The notes: generated by a model from the letters alone, not told the origin. Shown: positions 37,415-47,254, counted from the stretch's first letter. The stretch: 64,000 nt of DNA from Oscillospiraceae bacterium (GCA_015068765.1 SVJY01000005.1:1968-65967), one strand, 5' to 3'. Numbers and translations: made by a program.

Positions 37415-40400
37415 CTATTCTCTGCGAAGCACATAAGCTACAGAGCATGGTTCCATAGCATTCCATTCCATTCCCACCATGTAAACATTCCCTTCTACCG
37501 GTCTTTCTTCATTCTCCATAATAATTGAAAGCAACTCTTTCACGCCGTTTTGTTCCGTATATACTGCTATAAATGCACGACCGTTATTTGATGCACTATA
37601 TAACGTATACGCCGTAGTCGGTATCGTGTGCCAGCGGACGTTATCGGAATAAAGTCCGGTCGTTTTCTCTGTCGAAATCTTGCAATATACCACTTCGCCC
37701 GGTAGCACGGTTACGGTTATTACATTATTTGAAAAACTTACACGAGTAGGATTCGTGCCTGCCAACGCCGTAACTGCATCACCGTTGACGGAAGCCGTAA
37801 ATGTTTCCGCCTCCGCGGCTCCGTTTGCAAAAAGATAATGTGTACAATCTGTTTCTTTCTGCGTTGCGTACCAGAATGTGTCAGATTGCCACACTCCATC
37901 CGAAAAAGCAAGATTAAAAACAGCTCCCTGTTCCTCTTTAGTCAGATGGGCGACATCAAACGATACATCTGGTTTTCCTGTATTCCAAGCGAGAATACGG
38001 TCCATCAAAACCGCCGCTTCCGCACGCGTTGTATTGGCAAGTGGTTCGATGGTTCCGTCCGCATTTCCGCGTACGATGTTACTGCGTACCAACGCTGCAA
38101 CATTCGCCACAACGTAATCTGCCACTAACTCGTCATCGGAGAAATTACGCAGATATGTTTCTGGCTCACCTTCTTCCAGTGCACGAACAAGACGCATACC
38201 GCGTGCACAAATCACCATTAAGTCCCGCCGGGAAATTTCCTCGGCAGGGAAGAAGTTCGTACCGTCTGTTCCTTTCAGAATACCAAGTGCCTTACCGATT
38301 GCGATTTCTTTTGCATAATACGCATTCGGGTCTACATCGGCAAACAGCTCCGTAGCATTGCTTGTAAGCCCCAGCGTGCGAATAAGGAACATGGCAAAAT
38401 CGCCTCTTGTTATTTTTTCATTAGGTGCATAGGATGCCGCCGTTTTACCAACTACAATCCCTTTGTTTTCCAAACGTCGAATCTGTTCTGCCGCCCAAGG
38501 GTAACTTTGCAGGTCTCTGAATTTTGTTGTATACAAATCCGAAAAATCAAGTGCTGTGCTCGATGTAATTTCATACACAAGTGCCGCATTGGGGGCAAGC
38601 GTTACGTCCAGTATTTCCCCATTGCCGCTTACCGAACCGCTTCCGCCGTATTTCAGAACGCCTGTATAACCGTTTATACGAACAGTACCGCCGTCGCTGA
38701 CAAGGGGAATGGAAACCGCCTGTTGCGTGTTCTTGCGATTTACAACAATCACGTTAATTTTGTTATTCTTAATATAGGACGTCCATAGGACATCACTGCC
38801 CCAAAAGCTGTTAAATATAGGATATTTCCGGCGTAGGAAGACGTCATAGGACTCCTCCATCTCTGCCTTTGCAAATTCCACAAGTCCCGGCCATAGCGGA
38901 GATGCATTTAAATCAAGTACATTGCCTTCTGCATCGGTATAGGCATCATAGAAGCAATAAAAACCGTTTCCGGTACTGCCTGCCATCAGGGATTCATACC
39001 ACATATTTCTTTCATCCATAATACTGGGGAAATACGTGCCTTCTAAATATGCCTGATTCAGGCACAGTGCCGGTTTATGATAATGAGAGCCCTGTGCCGC
39101 ACGCATGGAATACGTACCGACTTTCTGCAAATTATCCGGTGTGCCCGGATAGGGATCAATCAGAATCATATCCGTATATTTACCGTACCGCTCGTAATCG
39201 CTTACTGAATTTTGCGTCATCGTGACGGGGTGCTTTTTATCAATATCACGAATCAGCTTATAGGTGTCATAGAATAAATCCCAAGCATTCGGAAAATGCA
39301 GGGAAGGCTCATCCATAACAATCCAGCCTAAAAGGGCAGGATGGTCACACAGCTCCGAAACAACACGCTTTGTATTTTCATAATTGTCCGGATGTCCTGC
39401 AGGCTTCATGTCACCATACATACGGGCAAGCACCATAATCCCCTGTGCCTGTGCCGCATCCAGAAACGCTTCCAGCGGTGCCGTACTCTGCACAGTGTTT
39501 ACGCCGATTTCTTTCATGTACACAAGCTCACTTGCACGCACATGGTATGCAAATGTCGGATAAAATGGCTCGCCGTCCTTGCGTAAGGTTCCGTCCTCTG
39601 CCAGCATTGTAGGTCTTGCATACCGGGAAATCTTATCGGTTTCACTCCCGACCTTATTGCCGTCAGCATCGTAAATGGTGGCTGTCAGCTTATAGTCCTT
39701 GCCCTCTGTCGCCATCAGTCCCGGATCAAAATTCCATGTGGTTACGCCCTCCGAAATCTGACCGGAGCCGGATGCCAGAAGAGTCTCCGCCTCATCCCGA
39801 AGCGCAAAATCGACATAACCGCATGCAAGCTCCGGATGCTTTACTAAATCCGCTTCCGCAGTCGCAATACCCGTTTCCATATCCGAATAGTAAAATACTT
39901 CATCGGTACGAAGTGCAACCGGCCGATCCGGTGCCAGTTCTATCTGATAGAAGGAAACATCATCAAAATATGCCGTTCCGGGCGCAAAAATACGAACATA
40001 AAACATTACGAACGCCACACCTTTACAGGGCGGCTCGTAGTTTGCACAAAACTGCACCCATTCGCCGCTTGTGTATCCCGACTTATGTACCGAATAGCCG
40101 CCTAAGGGGTTCCCTTCTGCATCATAGCTTTCAAACTTACAGCCAACCGTATCAACCTCACCCTTATACCAAAAGTTTGCCTGAAATACGGCACCCTCTT
40201 CAAAAGTCGAACTGATGATTTGCTGTTTGCACCAAGGCAAATTGGTCTCTGTTGTCGTAATTTTCAGAGACCGACTTTCTGTATGGGCAACATCCGTTGT
40301 CACAGAAATATTTGTATTACCATTCCAGCTTTTACCATAAGGCGACCAATCGGAAGCAACGGGCAAAATACCTTCTTCAAAGCTATTGTTATCCAGCAAT

Positions 40401-41047
40401 TCCTCGGCAAAATCCGGCATTTCGACAAACGAAGACGTCTCATCATCTTCCTCCGGAAGCTCACCTTCCCCCATAACCGAAACCATATCCCAGAGGATTG
40501 CGCCGGAAGTGCCGGCGATACGTACCATCAGGGTTGTTTTCGCTGTCCCCGTCGGCGCCGTGAACACCTTGGATACAACTGTCCATGTATTCACCGTCAC
40601 ATCAGAAAATGGTGCACTGATTGCTTTTATCTGGGTACCGTTTACATCGTAGAAGGTTAATTTAATAGACCCTGCGGAATCCTTTTTCAGAATTTTCAGG
40701 GCGCCGCTGAAAGTATACTCGTTTCCGGGTGTTAAGGGGTGTAAGGTCTGCGAAAGCCATGCCGCTGCCGTCTCTGTTTTGTAGCGTGCGGCTTTCGTTC
40801 CGTCATATACGTCCGTATCTTCCCGGAAAAACTCTACGCCCATGGTGCCGCCCTTCGCATCCCAACTGTTCGGAAAACCGATACTGCCCCATTCTTCAAA
40901 GCTTCCGTTTTTCACGAAATTATGTACGTCGGACTGCAACACAGTCGTTTCTGCGCTGACCACAGGGCATGAAAGGGACGTTACGAAAAGCAGTACGCAC
41001 AGTATCCGTACATATACGCAATTTATTTTTTTAACTGTAGTACACAT
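37415..41047 (-). CDS. Giant modular surface protein P1: signal peptide, 2 CBM4_9-like modules, Ig-like linker, unassigned TIM-barrel-like (clan GH-A-like) domain, beta-sandwich, triple SLH, ~190-aa C-terminal tail
   Basis: 1210 aa. Signal peptide ends ...CPVVSA. CBM-like modules at aa ~40-195 and ~215-370 (NGSFEEW..., NNSFEEG...). Central domain at aa ~478-745 (nt ~38813-39616) with HPALLGWIVMDEPS, ILIDPYPGTPD and LNQAYLEGTYFP. SLH triplet at aa ~843-1021 (nt ~37985-38521). Confidence 0.8.
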   Translation of the reverse strand: MCTTVKKINCVYVRILCVLLFVTSLSCPVVSAETTVLQSDVHNFVKNGSFEEWGSIGFPNSWDAKGGTMGVEFFREDTDVYDGTKAARYKTETAAAWLSQTLHPLTPGNEYTFSGALKILKKDSAGSIKLTFYDVNGTQIKAISAPFSDVTVNTWTVVSKVFTAPTGTAKTTLMVRIAGTSGAILWDMVSVMGEGELPEEDDETSSFVEMPDFAEELLDNNSFEEGILPVASDWSPYGKSWNGNTNISVTTDVAHTESRSLKITTTETNLPWCKQQIISSTFEEGAVFQANFWYKGEVDTVGCKFESYDAEGNPLGGYSVHKSGYTSGEWVQFCANYEPPCKGVAFVMFYVRIFAPGTAYFDDVSFYQIELAPDRPVALRTDEVFYYSDMETGIATAEADLVKHPELACGYVDFALRDEAETLLASGSGQISEGVTTWNFDPGLMATEGKDYKLTATIYDADGNKVGSETDKISRYARPTMLAEDGTLRKDGEPFYPTFAYHVRASELVYMKEIGVNTVQSTAPLEAFLDAAQAQGIMVLARMYGDMKPAGHPDNYENTKRVVSELCDHPALLGWIVMDEPSLHFPNAWDLFYDTYKLIRDIDKKHPVTMTQNSVSDYERYGKYTDMILIDPYPGTPDNLQKVGTYSMRAAQGSHYHKPALCLNQAYLEGTYFPSIMDERNMWYESLMAGSTGNGFYCFYDAYTDAEGNVLDLNASPLWPGLVEFAKAEMEESYDVFLRRKYPIFNSFWGSDVLWTSYIKNNKINVIVVNRKNTQQAVSIPLVSDGGTVRINGYTGVLKYGGSGSVSGNGEILDVTLAPNAALVYEITSSTALDFSDLYTTKFRDLQSYPWAAEQIRRLENKGIVVGKTAASYAPNEKITRGDFAMFLIRTLGLTSNATELFADVDPNAYYAKEIAIGKALGILKGTDGTNFFPAEEISRRDLMVICARGMRLVRALEEGEPETYLRNFSDDELVADYVVANVAALVRSNIVRGNADGTIEPLANTTRAEAAVLMDRILAWNTGKPDVSFDVAHLTKEEQGAVFNLAFSDGVWQSDTFWYATQKETDCTHYLFANGAAEAETFTASVNGDAVTALAGTNPTRVSFSNNVITVTVLPGEVVYCKISTEKTTGLYSDNVRWHTIPTTAYTLYSASNNGRAFIAVYTEQNGVKELLSIIMENEERPVEGNVYMVGMEWNAMEPCSVAYVLRRE

Positions 41048-41067
41048 CTACGCTTCCTTTCTCAACC

Positions 41068-41111
41068 CTAAAAACCAGGGACTGTTTAAATTTGACTTTT
41101 TAAACAGTCCC
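41068..41111 (-). terminator. Rho-independent terminator between P2 and P1
   Basis: Minus strand reads GGGACTGTTTAAA-N8-TTTAAACAGTCCC followed by TGGTTTTTAG. It lies only ~20 nt upstream of the P1 start (RBS AAAGGAAG). Confidence 0.6.
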
Positions 41112-41119
41112 ACGCTTTC

Positions 41120-44100
41120 TTACTTACTCCAATTGAGAATACGATCCATAACAACTGCCGCTTCGGCACGGGTCGTATTTCCACGAGGGTTGACAGTGCC
41201 ATCTGCATTGCCTTTTACAATGTTGCCGCGTACCATCGCCGCAACATCTGCCGTGGCATAATCGGCAATCAGCTGATTATCCGAAAAGCTTTGCAGATAT
41301 GTGGCAGCATCGCCTTCCTCCAGTGCACGAACAAGACGCATGCCGCGTGCACAAATTACCATCAGATCCTGACGGGAAATTTCCGCTTCGGGATTGTAGT
41401 TTACACCGTCTGTTCCTTTCAGAATGCCGAGTGCTTTACCGATTGCAATTTCCTTCGCATAATACGCATTCGGGTCAACGTCGGCAAACAGCTCTGTCGC
41501 ATCGCTTGTAAGACCCAGCGTGCGAATTAAGAACATGGCGAAATCACCTCTTGTAATCTTCTTCTCCGGTGCATAGGACGCCGCCGTCATATCGTTGACA
41601 ATGCCTTTATTCTCAAGACGTCTGATTTGTTCTGCCGCCCATGGATAATCCTGTAAATCTCTGTATTTCGTTGCGTAGAGACCGGAGAAATCCGTTGCCG
41701 TATTGGGCGTGATTTCATATACAAGTGCCGCATTGGGGGCAAGGGTCAGGTCTAAGGTGCTTCCGGCAGAGGCAACTGTGCCGCTCCCGCCGTATTTCAC
41801 ATTTGCAGTAAAGCCGGTAATGCTGACTGTGCCGCCGTCACTCACAAGGGGAATGGACACGCTATCCTCCACATTATTGGGATTTATAACAATAATGCTG
41901 ACCTTGCCGTCTTTTACATATGCCGTCCAGATTGGTACATCTGTTTTCCAGAAGCTGCTGAAAATCGGATACTTTTGTTTTAAGAACAGGTCATACGATT
42001 CCTGCATTTCTGCATTCTTAAATTCCACCATACCCGGCCAGATGTCCGATTCGTTCAAATCGATTACATTGCCGTTTTCATCCTTTGTAGCATCATAGAA
42101 TGCATAAAAGCCGTTTGAAGTGGAACCGGCCATCAGAGCCTGATACCAGAGGTTTCGTACATCCATAAGTGTCGGGAAATACGTGCCTTCCAGATATGTC
42201 TGATTCAGAACCATGTTTCCCTTATGATAATGGGAAGCCTGTGCGGCTCTTCTTGCATAATTCCCGACCTTCTGCAGTTTGTCAGGTGACCCCGGATACG
42301 GGTCCAGTGCAACAATGTCCACATATTTGCCGAATTCCTCATAATAATCGGGTGCACACTGAATCATAAAGACCGGGTGCAGCGGATCAATATCACGCAC
42401 CAGCTTGTAGGTATCATAGAAAAGATCCCAGTGGTTCGGGAATTTCAAGGACGGTTCATCCATAACTGCCCATGCAAGCAGTGCCGGATGATTCCAAAGC
42501 TCTGAAATAACACGTTTAGAGTTTTCGTAGTTATCCGGGTGCCCCGCAGGCTTCATGTCCGGATATATGCGGGCAACAACCTTAATGCCGTGTTTTTCCG
42601 CTTCGTCCAGGTATTCCTTGAGCGGTGCTACGCTCTGGGTGGTATTCACGCCGATTTCCGCCATAAAGCCGAGCTCTGTGGCACGTACATGCCATGCGAA
42701 TACGGGATAAAACGGCTCGCCGTCTATCACAAACTGCCCGTCCGGCGTCATCATTTCCGGCCGTTTGTATCGGCAAATTCGTTGTGTTTCCGTACCGACC
42801 ATATTTCCCGCCGCATCATAGATCGTGGCGGTAATAGTGTAATCCTGTCCCTCTTCCGTCATCTGCCTCGGATCAAACTTCCATGTAGCCGCCCCGTCTG
42901 CCAGAGGTGCAGAACCGGAAGACAGTACGACACCGCTCGGGTCCTGCATCTGAAAGTCCACACGGCCACCTTCTTTGAGTGCAGGGAATTTCTTCGTGTC
43001 TGCCGCACCCGTTGCAATGCCTTCCGTCATATCCGTATAGAAGAATACCTCGTTTGTGGAAAGATGAACCGGGCGTACCGGTGCTTCTTCAATCATATAG
43101 AAAGAAACATCGTCAAAGTACGCTTCGCCGGGTGCAAAAATACGAACGTAGAACATGACCTTTGCACATTCCGAAGGCGGGGAGAAGGTTTTAACAAACC
43201 GTTTCCATTCGCCGCCTGTGTATCCGTCCATGTGTCCCGATGCACCGCCCATATAGTTGCCGTCTGCATCGTACCATTCAAATTTACAGCCAACCGTTGC
43301 CACTTCGCCCTTAAACCAGTAGCTTGCCTGGTATACGGCATTCGGATCGAAATTTTCTCCTGCCACAAGCTGTTTTGTCCAGGGCAGGTTTTCAAGCGTT
43401 GTAGTAATACGCAGGGCACGGCTTCCGTCTCTTCCCGCCCCCTCAACTACAGATGCAAATCGATTATCCACCCAGGTTTTCGGGTCTCTGTCATCAAACG
43501 GCGACCAGTTTGTCACCGCGGGTAAATTTCCTTCTTCAAATCCACCGTTTGTGAGAAGCTCCCGTGAAAATGCAGGCATTTCCACAAATGCAGCCTCCGC
43601 TTCCGGCTCCGGCAGTTCCCCTTCGCCCATAACGGAAATTTTATCCCATAAAACGGTCGCAATCTCCGTATCTGTTTCGCCCGGCGTAACCGAAGGTAAA
43701 CGCACCTGAACGACTGTCTGCGTCGTATTCTCCGGTACTGTGAAGGTCGTGTAGACCTCTGTCCACTTATTAACCTCCGCATCCGGGAAGGCCTTGTTGA
43801 TTTTCTTTAGCTCTATTTTATCTACATCGTAGTGAATGATTACAATAGAACCGCCGGCATTCTTCGTCAAAGGCTTCAGCATACCGCTGAAGGCATATGT
43901 ATTGCCCACCGTCAGCGGATACACGGTTTGCGAAAGCCACACGCTCCCTTCGGCCTTTTTAAACTTCAGTGCCCTGGTACCGTCAGCTGTGTCGCTTTCC
44001 TCCATGAAGATTTCCTTGTTCATCTCGCCGCCTTTTGCGGCCCATTCGCTGGGCAGACCAATGCCGCCCCATGCTTCAAAGCTACCGTTTTTGACAAATT

Positions 44101-44734
44101 CGAGACCGGTGGCCTGCAGCTGTGCCACTTGTTCCTTTTCTTCCGCTTCCGGATCATAATCGGAAACCTCGCCCGTGAGCGAAACGTCATCCCAGTAGAT
44201 TTCTTCGTCCGTACCGCCGGAAACACGCAGAAGGAAGGATGCCCACACTGTATCCTCCGGCACCGTGAAGCTGTATTTTACCTCGCTCCATTTCCCCAGC
44301 GGTGTGTCGGCAAAGTTTGCAGCAGCACGGGAGAGTGCCTGGCCGTTTTCGTCCATAAAGTCAACAGTAATTCTGCCACCCTGTCCGCTTCTTTTTACCG
44401 GCAGAAGGAAGGCACGGAACGTATACATTTTTCCGCCAACCAATCTGTCCAGACGTTGGGAAAGATAGGCACTGCTTTCGTTCGTCTTAAGCCCTGCCGC
44501 CTTCTCTCCGCCGTGGGCATTTTCCGTTTCCATAATTAAGTTTTTGCCGAAGGTGCCGCCCTTAAAGCCCCAATGGGCGGGTGGCGCGCCAAGAGACCAG
44601 TTTTCAAAATCGCCGTTTTTCAGATGTTCCCCAGCTTCAGCACTTACCGACATTCCTATCAGTATACTGCTCATCATAAGTGTGCACAAAAGGAACGCCA
44701 GGATGCGGGTGAGTCTTTTTGTCATAGCTACCAT
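41120..44734 (-). CDS. Giant modular surface protein P2: signal peptide, 3 CBM4_9-like modules, unassigned TIM-barrel-like domain, C-terminal triple SLH
   Basis: 1204 aa, paralog of P1 with an extra N-terminal CBM-like module (NGDFENW..., NGSFEAW..., NGGFEEG...). Central motifs HPALLAWAVMDEPS, VALDPYPGSPD and LNQTYLEGTYFP. The SLH triplet is the last 181 aa (nt 41123-41665). GGGGGA RBS. 13-nt gap to the upstream gene. Confidence 0.8.
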   Translation of the reverse strand: MVAMTKRLTRILAFLLCTLMMSSILIGMSVSAEAGEHLKNGDFENWSLGAPPAHWGFKGGTFGKNLIMETENAHGGEKAAGLKTNESSAYLSQRLDRLVGGKMYTFRAFLLPVKRSGQGGRITVDFMDENGQALSRAAANFADTPLGKWSEVKYSFTVPEDTVWASFLLRVSGGTDEEIYWDDVSLTGEVSDYDPEAEEKEQVAQLQATGLEFVKNGSFEAWGGIGLPSEWAAKGGEMNKEIFMEESDTADGTRALKFKKAEGSVWLSQTVYPLTVGNTYAFSGMLKPLTKNAGGSIVIIHYDVDKIELKKINKAFPDAEVNKWTEVYTTFTVPENTTQTVVQVRLPSVTPGETDTEIATVLWDKISVMGEGELPEPEAEAAFVEMPAFSRELLTNGGFEEGNLPAVTNWSPFDDRDPKTWVDNRFASVVEGAGRDGSRALRITTTLENLPWTKQLVAGENFDPNAVYQASYWFKGEVATVGCKFEWYDADGNYMGGASGHMDGYTGGEWKRFVKTFSPPSECAKVMFYVRIFAPGEAYFDDVSFYMIEEAPVRPVHLSTNEVFFYTDMTEGIATGAADTKKFPALKEGGRVDFQMQDPSGVVLSSGSAPLADGAATWKFDPRQMTEEGQDYTITATIYDAAGNMVGTETQRICRYKRPEMMTPDGQFVIDGEPFYPVFAWHVRATELGFMAEIGVNTTQSVAPLKEYLDEAEKHGIKVVARIYPDMKPAGHPDNYENSKRVISELWNHPALLAWAVMDEPSLKFPNHWDLFYDTYKLVRDIDPLHPVFMIQCAPDYYEEFGKYVDIVALDPYPGSPDKLQKVGNYARRAAQASHYHKGNMVLNQTYLEGTYFPTLMDVRNLWYQALMAGSTSNGFYAFYDATKDENGNVIDLNESDIWPGMVEFKNAEMQESYDLFLKQKYPIFSSFWKTDVPIWTAYVKDGKVSIIVINPNNVEDSVSIPLVSDGGTVSITGFTANVKYGGSGTVASAGSTLDLTLAPNAALVYEITPNTATDFSGLYATKYRDLQDYPWAAEQIRRLENKGIVNDMTAASYAPEKKITRGDFAMFLIRTLGLTSDATELFADVDPNAYYAKEIAIGKALGILKGTDGVNYNPEAEISRQDLMVICARGMRLVRALEEGDAATYLQSFSDNQLIADYATADVAAMVRGNIVKGNADGTVNPRGNTTRAEAAVVMDRILNWSK

Positions 44735-44747
44735 ACGGTTTCCCCCT

Positions 44748-46337
44748 TTACTTTACGGGAATAATGAATTTTTCTGTCACGTTCATGTCCGCAATGTTGT
44801 CAAACAGGAGTGCAGTGACCGTAATATCGCCTTCTGATTTGGAAGGTACATTTACCGTAAGTTCATACTCCTGCGGCAGAATGCAAAGCGGAGAAGGTGT
44901 AAAACTTGCACTTTCTGCAAAGGTAACTGCTCCGGCAGGTGCTGCGGAAATAATGTCAACATCCTTCAAGCTCTTTACCGTGCCTTTCTTTGCATAGACC
45001 GCCAGAAAAACATCCATCGTTTCCGTGCATAGTGTCTTCGGTACGTAGTGTACAACCACTTTACCTTCTTCACCGGCCGTAAGTGCTTCTACCTGTGTGC
45101 CGGCAGCATTATAAAGCTTCACTTCCGTATAATCTTCTTCTAAAATAACATTGTCATAGCAGAATTCTGCAAATGTTGTCCCGTCTGCAAGCTTACCGTT
45201 GCCGTCACCCTGCAGGTATAATACGACATTTAATGTGTCGTCATCCGCCGTTGCAGGTGTTGTGAAGTATACTGTGTAGTCCGTCCATGTACCTGGAGTT
45301 GCATCCGCAAGCTTCATTTCTGTCTTATTATAGTAAGATTTTGTACCATCCTTTGTACTTGTTACACTTCTGTCGCCAAAGTCGCTGAAGGTAGGCGCAT
45401 ATCTGAAACCGCTCTGGCTGTACTCAACCGATGTTTTTCTTTCCGCAGTTTCTCCTAACGGCGTGTAATATTCTATGAAAGTCACACAAGGTCTTGCATA
45501 TCCTGCGGTTACGGAAGTCGTCCGAAATTTAAAAGAAAGTCTATACTGCGTGGAAGGCTTCAGTCCCACAAGGGTCTGCTGTGCGGCCGGCATACGTTTT
45601 ACGGATACATCATTGGGAACAAGACGAACAAATGCATTCCCGTTTTCAACGGCAACTTCCTCAAGTGCGCCGTTGTCGTTGGTTCCCCAAGTCCAGCCTG
45701 CCGGTGCCGTCGCAAGAGACTCGGCATCATAGCCTTCAAAATCATAGTTTGCCACCTTGTTAGTATTGAAGCTCATATTTGCAATTTCCATTGCAGAACC
45801 GGCGCGAACGTTCAGCTTTATGGCTACGTGGCTTGCAGTTTTATAAATACCCTTTTCCTCTAACTCTGCCACATCCTTCGTAAAGTAATCCGGTATGGCA
45901 ATCGTCGTTGCATAAGTTTGCCAGTTCCCTGTTCCCTCTGCGCAGGAAATGGTTACGTATCCTTTAGAATTAACATATGAGCTGATATCCACTGCTTTTC
46001 CACCATTTTCCTCACTGTTTACATGATACACATACAAACGAATAGAACGAACTGCACCCGTTGCTTTATACCGGAAAGAGAGTGAATACGTTTCTCCTGC
46101 TTCCAAGTTGCCTGCAATCGGCGTATTAAAAGCGGTATCTTGCACTATTTTCATATAGCTGCCATCAAATCCCTGGGGCGGTGCATAGCCTTCGCTGTCA
46201 GGCGTCACTTCTATAATCGCTGTGCCGTCTGCCAAATCCGAAGGACTGATGACCTCTTCCGCCGCGGCACCCATACCAAGACTTGCAAACATGCAGATGC
46301 AAAGCAATAAGCCTACTGTTTTCCTAAATCCTTTCAT
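44748..46337 (-). CDS. Secreted protein made only of CBM-like jelly-roll modules plus a C-terminal Ig-like domain, with no anchor; first gene of the P2/P1 operon
   Basis: 529 aa. Signal peptide MKGFRKTVGLLLCICMFASLGMGAAA. Two modules have the N.DFEG...W pattern. AGGAGG RBS. Confidence 0.7.
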   Translation of the reverse strand: MKGFRKTVGLLLCICMFASLGMGAAAEEVISPSDLADGTAIIEVTPDSEGYAPPQGFDGSYMKIVQDTAFNTPIAGNLEAGETYSLSFRYKATGAVRSIRLYVYHVNSEENGGKAVDISSYVNSKGYVTISCAEGTGNWQTYATTIAIPDYFTKDVAELEEKGIYKTASHVAIKLNVRAGSAMEIANMSFNTNKVANYDFEGYDAESLATAPAGWTWGTNDNGALEEVAVENGNAFVRLVPNDVSVKRMPAAQQTLVGLKPSTQYRLSFKFRTTSVTAGYARPCVTFIEYYTPLGETAERKTSVEYSQSGFRYAPTFSDFGDRSVTSTKDGTKSYYNKTEMKLADATPGTWTDYTVYFTTPATADDDTLNVVLYLQGDGNGKLADGTTFAEFCYDNVILEEDYTEVKLYNAAGTQVEALTAGEEGKVVVHYVPKTLCTETMDVFLAVYAKKGTVKSLKDVDIISAAPAGAVTFAESASFTPSPLCILPQEYELTVNVPSKSEGDITVTALLFDNIADMNVTEKFIIPVK

Positions 46338-46484
46338 ACTAAAAACCTCCTAAAAAATTTTATTCACCAAATTTATTTCCGTTCATTTTCCGTTCCTTTG
46401 CCGCATTAATTCTTTCGACTCCTTCCGTAACAACCGAACGTATCATTCCCTTATACCATCACACACAACTCCCAACCATTATTC

Positions 46485-46524
46485 ACTATATCGTTATAGT
46501 AACACAAAATATCCCGTTTGTCAA
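46485..46524 (-). promoter_or_regulatory. Sigma-A promoter with LacI-type operator for the 529-aa/P2/P1 operon
   Basis: Minus strand reads TTGACA (complement of 46519-46524), a 17-nt spacer, then TACTAT (complement of 46496-46501). The operator ACTATAACGATATAGT is the complement of 46485-46500. The 18-mer TACTATAACGATATAGTG is identical to the promoter at 23920-23937. Confidence 0.6.
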
Positions 46525-46648
46525 GAGGAAATAGAAAATTTATAACATTTACCTATAATACCACGTTTTATCTGTTGAAAACAAACAAACGCCGGACATC
46601 TTCTTAAAAACGGAAATACCTATACAATAAAGAAACCTCGAATCCGCC

Positions 46649-46921
46649 TCACCGCATAAACAGGAAAAATAGACTTCTTGAAATACGGTCAAGCCTGTAA
46701 ACAAGAACTTTAGAAATCTTGCCTTGTTCAATTTTCCGCATCATATTTTGAAAACCATCACGATTTACAATACCACCTGAAAAACCGTCGTCAACGAAAG
46801 TAAGTATTTTTTCGCCTCGTTCAGCAGGCTTTATCATTGCCCTGCAATATTCGAGCTGTGTTTCGCAGGAAATGCTGTTTTCACGCTCTATGGATTTTCT
46901 TGCATAAAGTGCTATAGCCAT
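46649..46921 (-). pseudogene. Truncated serine recombinase (resolvase-domain N-terminus only)
   Basis: 90 aa. MAIALYARKSIERENSISCETQLEYC...FVDDGFSGG...RDGFQNMM...VLVYRLDRISRS is the catalytic resolvase domain. The ORF then ends after 7 unrelated residues. Large serine recombinases are 450-700 aa. Confidence 0.75.
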
Positions 46922-46973
46922 ACCATACCTCCTTTTGCAGCGGAGAAGGTTTCCCCTCTCTGCTGTGGCTACG

Positions 46974-47210
46974 TTATTTTACTTTATGCGTAAATATCCT
47001 GTAGAGCTCCTCCACAATTTTTTCCTCCAATTCTCTCCTTTCTTCCGCATTAAACATAGGAACACTGTGCTTAATGACCTTTTTATTCAAATCTTCATAT
47101 TTCGAGACTCCTGCTATGTGTGTGTCAGCAATATTGTGTGCCATGGCAATGTACCCCCTTGCTTCTATATCTGTAAAAACATATTTTTTGTTTCGCCCCC
47201 CTTTATTCAA
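46974..47210 (-). CDS. Small hypothetical protein upstream of the recombinase remnant (mobile-element associated?)
   Basis: 78-aa ORF immediately upstream of and co-oriented with the recombinase fragment. No motif recognised. Confidence 0.35.
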   Translation of the reverse strand: MNKGGRNKKYVFTDIEARGYIAMAHNIADTHIAGVSKYEDLNKKVIKHSVPMFNAEERRELEEKIVEELYRIFTHKVK

Positions 47211-47254
47211 TATTTCATATCGAATGTCAAATATTTCCGCAAATGCACTGCCAC

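Noticed and set aside
42539-43525. 328-aa plus-strand ORF inside P2, with similar ones inside P1, P3 and P4 (e.g. 39616-40215, 61816-62535)
   Set aside because: They are antisense to long paralogous genes whose translations are mutually conserved. The antisense translations are not conserved between paralogs.
37415-46337. Diversity-generating retroelement or phase-variation system acting on the paralogous surface proteins
   Set aside because: The window contains no reverse transcriptase, no template/variable repeat pair with A-specific mismatches, and no invertible promoter flanked by inverted repeats near these genes. The only recombinase is a dead stub.
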